Shown: in pieces, positions 56,303 through 63,345 of the stretch
Numbering within the stretch: position 1 is the first letter of the stretch
Layout of the letters: each line of letters begins with the position of its first letter
DNA from: a virus
Lineage: Duplodnaviria > Caudoviricetes
Length of the DNA stretch: 64,000 bases
Virus record (IMG/VR): IMGVR_UViG_3300003320_000853
Strand: one strand, 5' to 3'
Program-made: the position numbers and the translations under genes
The notes under the pieces: model-generated
Databases searched by the model: none
What the model saw: the letters and a program-made list of their open reading frames with translations, nothing else
Told to the model about the DNA's origin: nothing

Positions 56303-56475
56303 GTATTCCAGTACCTCCGCCACAAGGCATCCGTCTCGCCAGGAGGGTCGTCTTCGCGGGGACGCTTCACGAGAACCCCGATCGCGGGAGGGCGCCTCCG
56401 GTGCTCTGTGCAGGAGAGACAATCCTGTTCGCACCCGCAATGCGAACACATCGACCCTGTGTAGTGCTTCTCCAT
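56299..56475 (-). CDS. Small Cys-rich protein (58 aa)
   Basis: TGATG coupling to the kinase; CSHCGC...CLSC. Confidence 0.45.
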   Translation of the reverse strand: MEKHYTGSMCSHCGCEQDCLSCTEHRRRPPAIGVLVKRPREDDPPGETDALWRRYWNT

Positions 56476-57473
56476 CACGACCCCGAGGCGGGCCGCGTGC
56501 CCGGACGGATCTGTCCGAACGCCTTCTCCCGGATGGCCTTGAAGGCGTCGAAGAGGTCGCCCTGGGGCCGGTCGAGGGGGTGCTTCGCAGTGAGCTTCTT
56601 GATGAAGCGGCACATGGGCTCCGGAACGGTCGTCGGCACCTCGACCTTCTGGACGGCCTTCATGCCCCCGCCGAGGCCGTAGATCATGCACTGGCCGAGG
56701 GAGTAGTAGTCGGACGCGGGGATGAGAGGCTTGAGCGCGAGCTGCTCCGGCGGGGCGAAGAGCTCCGTGTACCCGTTGCCTCTCGTCTTGGACGTGGGCT
56801 TGACCTGCGACAGGCCGAAGTCGACGAGAACGACTCCGTGATGCTCCCACTGGAGGATGATGTTCTGCGGCTTGAGATCCCCATGGATCACGCCGAAGCG
56901 GTGGAGAAAGAGCAGGGCGTTGAGCAGGCGCTCCGTGATCCATCCCATGTCGTAGGGATCGATGCGGCCCTTCGTTTCGACCTCCTGCTCCAGGGTGGGG
57001 CCCTCGATGTACGACATGACGAGGGCCAGGGAGCCATCGTCGAGCCGGATCATGTCCCGCATCGACGGGAGCGCGAAATGCCGCAACGTTCCGAGGATCC
57101 GGGCCTCCTGGATGAGGACGGCATCGTGGGCAGCCGAGACCGAGGAGCAGTGCTTGATGCACACGATCTCCTTGGTGATGAGGTGCTCGGCGCGGAAGGT
57201 GGTTCCGAAGCCGCCTTCGGCGATCTGGGAGATGATCCGGTAGTTGCCGATGATGTTGTCGCCCTTGGGTGCCCGCTTCTTGTCGTGCTCGGCACGCTTG
57301 GTCGGATCCCCCAGGATGTCGAAGGCGTCCTTCAACGTCTTGAAGCGGGCCATGGATGGGTCCTGCCCGAAGACGAGCGTCTCGTAGGCTGCCTTGATCA
57401 CCTCGGCGCTGGCGCGGGGTGAGACCTCCAGGAGAGCGTAGGGATCGGGGATGGGCGTGGCGGTCTTCGGCAT
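56475..57473 (-). CDS. J-domain (degenerate) / Hanks-type Ser/Thr protein kinase fusion
   Basis: DPYALLEVSPRASAEVIKAAY...AFDILGDPTKRAEHD; IAEGGFG, VCIK, HGDLKPQN, DFG, APPE, SDYYSLG. Confidence 0.9.
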   Translation of the reverse strand: MPKTATPIPDPYALLEVSPRASAEVIKAAYETLVFGQDPSMARFKTLKDAFDILGDPTKRAEHDKKRAPKGDNIIGNYRIISQIAEGGFGTTFRAEHLITKEIVCIKHCSSVSAAHDAVLIQEARILGTLRHFALPSMRDMIRLDDGSLALVMSYIEGPTLEQEVETKGRIDPYDMGWITERLLNALLFLHRFGVIHGDLKPQNIILQWEHHGVVLVDFGLSQVKPTSKTRGNGYTELFAPPEQLALKPLIPASDYYSLGQCMIYGLGGGMKAVQKVEVPTTVPEPMCRFIKKLTAKHPLDRPQGDLFDAFKAIREKAFGQIRPGTRPASGS

Positions 57474-57486
57474 CTTGAGGATCTAG

Positions 57487-57524
57487 TACACCAGACCCCG
57501 AGGTTCCATTGTTCCCACGGTGTA
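57487..57524. promoter_or_regulatory. Back-to-back early-type promoters (TGGTGTA on minus, CGGTGTA on plus)
   Basis: Divergent kinase and 57535 genes each have the motif 12-15 nt upstream of their ATG. Confidence 0.55.
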
Positions 57525-57534
57525 ACAACGCGTC

Positions 57535-58389
57535 ATGCAGCAGATCGAGTTCAACGCGAAGATCGACCCCGATCTTCCCGCGATCGTCCCCGAAGCTGTC
57601 TCTTTCGAGACGGGGGCAACGAGAAGCCAGGCTGGCGACCCCGACCTTTTCGTCTACGAACATCACGGGCCGGAGTTCGGCAAGGCTGACCCAGGGGCGC
57701 TCACATGTTTCTTCGAGGATCTGATCCTCGGACGTCCCTTGCCCTTGACGTTTGCGACCCATCGGATCCGGGACCTCGACACCATCTTCGCGATGGCGCT
57801 CTTCTTCGACCGGACCCTTGCCATACATCCAGCCATGCCGGGCATCGTGGCCGCGGTGGATCTTGTCCATCGGCGGGGAACCCCCATGCTCGGGCACATC
57901 GACGCCGACTTGGGTCGCTTTTTTCGCGTCCTCCGGAGCTATTTCCCCGATGCAGGCCTCCCAATGCGTGAGCTTGGGGAGCGCCTGACGAAGGCCATCG
58001 GGTGGATCACGGAATACCTGGACGGAAGGCCGCCGTCGCTCGGGGCCCCATGGCCGTCGGTTCGGATCCTCGATGTCGGGACGAACGGCTTCGTCCTCGC
58101 AGAGACGCCCGGTTTGCTTCCCTCGGGCTGGATCGAGCTGTACCGGAGGGGATTCTTGAAGGGCTTGCTCATCGGTCCCGACCGGGATGGCCGTCGGGCT
58201 GTGCTTGTCGCCAGGAAGAGCACCTTCGTGGACTTCGACCTCATGAAGGCGGCGAGCATCTTCAACGAGGCCGAGCAGGCGAACGGAGAGCTTCCGAGCT
58301 GGCGGGCGGATCGTCTGTGGCTCTGGGGACCGGACGAGGGCACGCTCCTCCGCGTCTCCGAGATGCTCGAAGTCCTCCAGAGGGTCTAG
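57535..58389 (+). CDS. Divergent DHH-like phosphoesterase-fold protein
   Basis: YEHHG and THRIRDLDT motifs, VDLVHRRG. Confidence 0.4.
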   Translation: MQQIEFNAKIDPDLPAIVPEAVSFETGATRSQAGDPDLFVYEHHGPEFGKADPGALTCFFEDLILGRPLPLTFATHRIRDLDTIFAMALFFDRTLAIHPAMPGIVAAVDLVHRRGTPMLGHIDADLGRFFRVLRSYFPDAGLPMRELGERLTKAIGWITEYLDGRPPSLGAPWPSVRILDVGTNGFVLAETPGLLPSGWIELYRRGFLKGLLIGPDRDGRRAVLVARKSTFVDFDLMKAASIFNEAEQANGELPSWRADRLWLWGPDEGTLLRVSEMLEVLQRV

Positions 58390-58577
58390 TCCAGGCCGCA
58401 ATCCTCACAGACGACGATCATTCCGAGGAATCCCCCTTGGTAGTGGATCCGACCGTTGCACCGAGAACAGCGCCGGGGGTAGACCCCGCAACAGCGGTCT
58501 GACCCTCGGATGTGATCGATTCCGTCGAGATTGAGGTCGACCCCTGTACGCTCCTCGGCGGCGTCGGTTGTGGCCAT
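58386..58577 (-). CDS. Small Zn-ribbon protein
   Basis: CGGTGTA 12 nt upstream; CSRC...CEDC. Confidence 0.55.
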   Translation of the reverse strand: MATTDAAEERTGVDLNLDGIDHIRGSDRCCGVYPRRCSRCNGRIHYQGGFLGMIVVCEDCGLD

Positions 58578-58622
58578 GCTTCGCCATTACACCGCGTAAT
58601 CTTCCTGTTGCTGGGCCCTGGT

Positions 58623-59489
58623 GTGCCTGGCCGACGCCTCACAACGGTGACCATCGGGACCGATGGTCTCCGAGACTGGGTTCAGCTCCCAACCGGGGAG
58701 CGGTACAACCTCGGAACACTCTCCGTCCTCAACTTCATCGCCAAGTTCGTTCCGAGTCGTCTACAGGCTCGCCAGGCGCTCGACCGCTTCAACGCGGAGA
58801 TGGTGGCCATGGTGCCCGTAGACCTCGAAGCGATGTCTGCGATCTTCGTCCCACGTCGCGCCAGGTGGTCGTCCGCTAGTTCTCTTATCCTCGGGCAGGA
58901 TCGACATCCCCCCGGGTCGGGAAAGGACGCAAGCGTACCCATGGCAGACACGATGACTTTGCCGGAGAGTCTTCCGGCCCAGGTAGGTCTCATCGAAGCG
59001 CAGATCGATCAGATCGGCAGGATCGCCTCTGCGAATCTCCCGAAGCCGGTGCTCCGCGCAGCGGCTGTCGCTCTCAAGGAGATGGTCGCTGCGATCAAGC
59101 TTCCCGACTTCGGCGACCAGTCGAAGAACGACGCCTTCTATGGGCTCGGGGCACCTCGGGTCGACACGGCGGATCCCGGGCAGAAGCTCCCGGCCGAGGT
59201 CACGAACCCCAAGCTGGCTTCGCACGAGGCTCTCCTGGAGAACACGACTCTCGCCGAAGGCATCCTTCAACAGGTCGGGGAGACCGAGGCGAAGATCGAT
59301 CAACTCGTTCAGGCGGGCCGCAAGTTCAATGCGGCCCGGGCGAAGCAAGACCTTCACCAGGTCTCCGCTCGGCTCACCAACTTCCTCCAGGACGTCGACA
59401 TGGCGCAGCCCTGGGTCAAGGGTGACCTCGCCAAGCTCGCCAACCGATCCTCCGAGCTTCACGCTCTCTTCGCGACCGCCAAGGTCTGA
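58623..59489 (+). CDS. Hypothetical late protein with in-frame internal start at 58941
   Basis: TAATCTTCCTGT at 58597; TAGTTCTCTTATCC at 58877; KLAS site. Confidence 0.55.
   Translation: MPGRRLTTVTIGTDGLRDWVQLPTGERYNLGTLSVLNFIAKFVPSRLQARQALDRFNAEMVAMVPVDLEAMSAIFVPRRARWSSASSLILGQDRHPPGSGKDASVPMADTMTLPESLPAQVGLIEAQIDQIGRIASANLPKPVLRAAAVALKEMVAAIKLPDFGDQSKNDAFYGLGAPRVDTADPGQKLPAEVTNPKLASHEALLENTTLAEGILQQVGETEAKIDQLVQAGRKFNAARAKQDLHQVSARLTNFLQDVDMAQPWVKGDLAKLANRSSELHALFATAKV
58877..58890 (+). promoter_or_regulatory. Putative late promoter TAGTTCTCTTATCC (intragenic)
   Basis: Exact copy of the site at 41579; upstream of ATG 58941 and the tail tube gene. Confidence 0.6.
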
Positions 59490-59497
59490 GGTGATCG

Positions 59498-60205
59498 ATG
59501 CCGACCCCGAACACGAACTACATCTACCGGACAGGGACGGCTCCGAACACGCGTGCCGTTTCGAGCCAGAAGAACAAAATCTTCGGCTACGCGGTCGGCG
59601 CCACTGGCTTCATTCAGATCGGTGCCGTGTCCGAGTTCGGTGTCGACGAGTCGCGTACCATCGAGCCGGTGCGAGGTGTCGGCTTCGGTGACCAGATCGC
59701 CGAGCTGGTGCCGAGCGTGACCGAGCCGATGACCCTCACGCTCAACATGACCCTCCTGTACCAGCAGAACCTCTTCCAGGCGGTGGGGTACAAGGGAGGC
59801 ATCGACGGGCTCGTTCGCTCGCTCCGACATCACCGCTGGCCGTTCGACATCAAGCAAGAGATCGTCTTCTCCGAGATCGCGAACCTCGACGGCGTGACGA
59901 CCCCGCAGCCGGCGGACGTGAACGTGGGCCCGGCCATTTCCGGCATCGTGCCGGGGACGATCCAGGCGCTCTTCACCTACTTCGAGGGGTGCTGGTTCAA
60001 CAGCTACTCGGCGAGCTATACCAGCGACGCCGGTCTCGTGGCGCAGAACTCGTCGGTCACAGTCACCGACATCCTCGACGGGATCAGCCAGTACGGCGAG
60101 TTCATCGACACCGGCCTCGCCCCGATCGCCGAGAACGGCGCCGCGGGCAAGGGCTTCTCGCTCCGCTTCGCGGGCGGTACGACGGCTCCCCAGGTCACGG
60201 TCTGA
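59498..60205 (+). CDS. Tail tube protein
   Basis: IGAVSEF...SRTIEPVRGVGFGDQIAELVP...PFDIKQ...YFEGCWFNSYSASY; GAGGTG RBS. Confidence 0.85.
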   Translation: MPTPNTNYIYRTGTAPNTRAVSSQKNKIFGYAVGATGFIQIGAVSEFGVDESRTIEPVRGVGFGDQIAELVPSVTEPMTLTLNMTLLYQQNLFQAVGYKGGIDGLVRSLRHHRWPFDIKQEIVFSEIANLDGVTTPQPADVNVGPAISGIVPGTIQALFTYFEGCWFNSYSASYTSDAGLVAQNSSVTVTDILDGISQYGEFIDTGLAPIAENGAAGKGFSLRFAGGTTAPQVTV

Positions 60206-60216
60206 TCGTGACCCCC

Positions 60217-60546
60217 ATGTCTCTTCGAGTCGTCGGGCGGTTTCTCCAGGGAACCGCCAAGAGCTACGTCGATTGGCTCGAAGAGAAGGGCTACAAGCTC
60301 ACATCTGAGCAGTTCGCCGATCACAAAAATTTCCTAGAGACGATCACCCCTGCGCTCAAGGCTTTGAAACTCGTGCTCAACCGCTACGAGTTTCAGGGTG
60401 GGAGCTGGGAGAAGGGGGCGAAGTTCTCTCGGGAGGAGCTTCACACACTCGTGGAAGCCAAGAACATCTTGACCCGAGCTGAATTCCCTTTGGCGGGTTT
60501 GACCGTCGAAGAGAAGAAGCCGAAAATCCTGAAGATTCCCCGCTAG
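60217..60546 (+). CDS. Putative internal virion protein with RVVGRF tag
   Basis: MSLRVVGRFLQGTAK. Confidence 0.55.
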   Translation: MSLRVVGRFLQGTAKSYVDWLEEKGYKLTSEQFADHKNFLETITPALKALKLVLNRYEFQGGSWEKGAKFSREELHTLVEAKNILTRAEFPLAGLTVEEKKPKILKIPR

Positions 60547-60704
60547 TCGCAATCGCAGACGACCATCTCCGTCACCTCGTGGTAGACGAAGAGGCATCGC
60601 CCGCAGACTTCTCGACCGTCGGCGAGGATCACGGGCTGTGGGTGCTCGCATTCCAGGGGGCAGTGCTTGTGCGGGGGTTTTTCCTTCTCGGGGGTGTCGG
60701 TCAT
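60543..60704 (-). CDS. Small Cys/His-rich protein (53 aa, below the ORF-track cutoff)
   Basis: MTDTPEKEKPPHKHCPLECEHPQPVILADGREVCGRCLFVYHEVTEMVVCDCD; ATGA overlap with 60701. Confidence 0.5.
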   Translation of the reverse strand: MTDTPEKEKPPHKHCPLECEHPQPVILADGREVCGRCLFVYHEVTEMVVCDCD

Positions 60705-60922
60705 CCCTCACCCTTGGCGATGAGGGGAACCACGTAGGCGAGGTACTCCCTGTGGGAAACCTGTGCCAGGAGCTTTTCCCCGTCGGGCAGCTCCAGCGTG
60801 AGGAAGGCCCTTTCGCTCCCCGCAACGGGTTCCAACTTGTCGATCTTGCCCGTCACCGGATCGGTGATGTGACGGATGTCCCTGTGCTCGTAGGTCTCGA
60901 CGATCTTTGCGTTGATTTCCAT
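60701..60922 (-). CDS. Hypothetical protein (73 aa)
   Basis: GGAGG RBS; CGGTGTAGACT upstream (60945-60955). Confidence 0.6.
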   Translation of the reverse strand: MEINAKIVETYEHRDIRHITDPVTGKIDKLEPVAGSERAFLTLELPDGEKLLAQVSHREYLAYVVPLIAKGEG

Positions 60923-60956
60923 GGTCTTCCTCCAGTCGGTGGGAAGTCTACACCGG

Positions 60957-60970
60957 GGATCTTCCTATCA
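60957..60970 (+). promoter_or_regulatory. Putative late-promoter motif
   Basis: GGATCTTCCTATCA upstream of ATG 60985. Confidence 0.4.
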
Positions 60971-60984
60971 CCACCCCCGGGTAT

Positions 60985-62130
60985 ATGGGAAGCGTGTTGT
61001 CCGCGCAGAAGATCAGCGCCGCTCTCGACAAGGCAAAGAACATCTGCATCGTCGAGGAGCCGGTCGAGATCGGGGGCGTCCGACTGGTCGTCCGGAACCT
61101 TCGTCCTGCCGACTACGAGAACATCAACAAGGCCATCGAAGGCTCTACATCCGAGGCCGAGGCGCTTTTCGCCTGGCAGAAGGCGCACATCTGCTACGCG
61201 CTTGTCGAGGTCAACGGCATCGACCTCCGGCAGGTAGACTTCGTCGAGGTCGAGGAGGTCGACGCGAAGGGGCAGAAGAAGGCCGTCAAGCTCGAACTTC
61301 CGACCTACCTCCGCGACCATCTCATCTCCACGTGGAGCAAGGAGGCGATCTTCACGGTCTACCGAAAGGTCGGAGATGCCGTCTCCCGGGCGGAATCGGC
61401 GTCGAGCGAGGGCATCAAGTTCCTCGTCCCCGAGGAGAGCCCCGAGGAGAAGTACCGGCAGCTCGTCGGCGAGATGCGGGACATCGAAGATGAGATTTCC
61501 CCGGCGATCATCGACAGAATCCTCGAAGAGCACGGCCTCATGAAGAAGTCCACGGCGGCCGAGATCAAGGCGGCCATGGAGAAGGAAGGCCAGGAAGCTT
61601 ACGAGGAGATCCAGCGGAAGAAGAAGGAGGCCGAGGCTGCGGCTACCGAACCTCCTCCGGCAGTCGATCCTTGTAAGAGCACCACGACCTCACCGCTCAA
61701 CCCGAAGTCGAAGCTCCAGTGTACCCTCGGTCAGGGGCATACCGGGAGCCACGCGGCGAGCAACCTCGTGTGGGATGACGAAGAAACGCCCTCTTCGGAT
61801 CGTCGTGTGCCGCAGCCTCCTCCGACGCCTCCGGAGACGCCGGAGAGCCGCTCAAAGCGGGTGCCCTTGAACCAAATGGTGGTTGATCTCCCGCAGCACC
61901 CAGCGGCCCAACCGGCGACCGTGCCGGCCCGGTCGCGTGCTGCTGAGATCGCTGCCTTGGAGGGCGAAGCCGCCGCGGGTCTCTCACAGCCGCCCGAGGG
62001 GGTCGAAATGCCGGAAAACGTCGCCGTTCTCACGAAGAAGCAGGTGCCCGTCAATCCTCGTGAGGCCGCCAGGGCCATCGACCGGCCCCCGGCCGTGGGT
62101 CTCAATCCGAAGTTTCGTCCGCCCAGGTAG
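60985..62130 (+). CDS. Tail assembly chaperone-like protein
   Basis: Between tube and tape measure; VEIGGVRLVVRNL...YALVEVNGIDL...ISTWSKEAI. Confidence 0.6.
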   Translation: MGSVLSAQKISAALDKAKNICIVEEPVEIGGVRLVVRNLRPADYENINKAIEGSTSEAEALFAWQKAHICYALVEVNGIDLRQVDFVEVEEVDAKGQKKAVKLELPTYLRDHLISTWSKEAIFTVYRKVGDAVSRAESASSEGIKFLVPEESPEEKYRQLVGEMRDIEDEISPAIIDRILEEHGLMKKSTAAEIKAAMEKEGQEAYEEIQRKKKEAEAAATEPPPAVDPCKSTTTSPLNPKSKLQCTLGQGHTGSHAASNLVWDDEETPSSDRRVPQPPPTPPETPESRSKRVPLNQMVVDLPQHPAAQPATVPARSRAAEIAALEGEAAAGLSQPPEGVEMPENVAVLTKKQVPVNPREAARAIDRPPAVGLNPKFRPPR

Positions 62131-62133
62131 CGC

Positions 62134-63345
62134 ATGGGCCAGGAGTCGTACGCTCAGGAGCAGGAGCGTCTTCGGAAGCAGGTTGACGGGGAGCGGGACG
62201 AGCTTCCCGAGATCAAGCCGCCCGAGGTCGACCCAGATCACTACCGGGACGTCGAGAGCCTCATCTTTCGGGGTTTCCTCACGGTCTCGGCGGAAATCAA
62301 CGGCGTCCTCTTCGTCTTCAAGAGCCTGAACCACCACGAGTTCGGTCTCGTTCGAATGATGGGGGACGTCCGCGATGGTAAGGCGCCCCCGCAGAAGTTT
62401 TGGGATCTCTTCCTGGCGTACGGCGTCCTGATGGTCGATGGGCAGAACATCCTCCCCGATCGAGACCGCTGGCTCATCGAGGTCTCGGAGGTCTTCGCGA
62501 GCTTCGCGAAGGGGCCGAGGAACACGCTGATCCGACACCTATCCGAGCTGAACCGGAAGGCGGCTTCGGCTGTCCTTCTCACCGAAGCGTACGCCACCGA
62601 GACCTACTCTCGCTTCCGGTGGGCGCAGCTCCAGAACATCGACATGACGACCACCGCGGTGACCGGGATCGCGGGTACGGCGCAACTCGGCCTGAATTGG
62701 GCGCAGCTCGTTTGGAGGGCCATCAACCACTTCGAGGATCTCCACGCTCAAGTCGAGCGTGATTGGGAGAACGCCAAATTCGTAGGGTCGTGCATGGCTG
62801 GCAAGGGGATCCAGCGGATCTATGCGCAAGATGACCGGCGGCGCCGGTCAGAACGTGAGGCGGCTTGGACCCGAAAGGATCGAATCCTCCGCCATGTCCT
62901 CATGGGTGAGCCCCTCGACGAGAAGAAGTCGGGTCGAGCGGGAACGGTGATCGTGGCCCGCACCGTGGAGGATCTCGTCGAGCAGCGCCGGAAGGAACTC
63001 CAGGGCGAGAAGGACTGGCACGACGAGGTCGTCGATCGGATCGAGCAACGGGCGCGGGACGAGCAGAAGAGGAGGCGCGAAGAGATCGAGGCGCTCATGG
63101 CTGCCAACGAGGACAAGTTCGGGGGCAGCCACCTCCAGGGGGAGACAGACTTCACGGGCCTCACCCAGGCACAGGTCAACGAGCGGATCCTCAGAAGCAA
63201 GCAAATCGAGGCGCAACAGGCGGCGTCGAGGATCCTCCATCCTGAGCTGTATGATGAGAAGTACGCGAAGGGTGTCTCGAAGATCCTGGCCACGTCGGAC
63301 AGCGACACTTCGGCTCGGCGAGGACGACCGTTCAGGAGTAAGTGA
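62134..63345 (+). CDS. Second tail assembly chaperone-like protein
   Basis: LIFRGFLTVSAEINGVLFVFKSL; directly precedes tape measure. Confidence 0.55.
   Translation: MGQESYAQEQERLRKQVDGERDELPEIKPPEVDPDHYRDVESLIFRGFLTVSAEINGVLFVFKSLNHHEFGLVRMMGDVRDGKAPPQKFWDLFLAYGVLMVDGQNILPDRDRWLIEVSEVFASFAKGPRNTLIRHLSELNRKAASAVLLTEAYATETYSRFRWAQLQNIDMTTTAVTGIAGTAQLGLNWAQLVWRAINHFEDLHAQVERDWENAKFVGSCMAGKGIQRIYAQDDRRRRSEREAAWTRKDRILRHVLMGEPLDEKKSGRAGTVIVARTVEDLVEQRRKELQGEKDWHDEVVDRIEQRARDEQKRRREEIEALMAANEDKFGGSHLQGETDFTGLTQAQVNERILRSKQIEAQQAASRILHPELYDEKYAKGVSKILATSDSDTSARRGRPFRSK

Noticed and set aside
41657-60205. Contractile injection system or tailocin locus
   Set aside because: Portal, capsid and head-maturation genes are present, so this is a complete phage.
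62060-62140. Programmed frameshift between the tail chaperones
   Set aside because: No XXXYYYZ slippery heptamer was seen. The second gene has its own ATG 3 nt after the stop, in the same frame, so read-through cannot be excluded but has no support.
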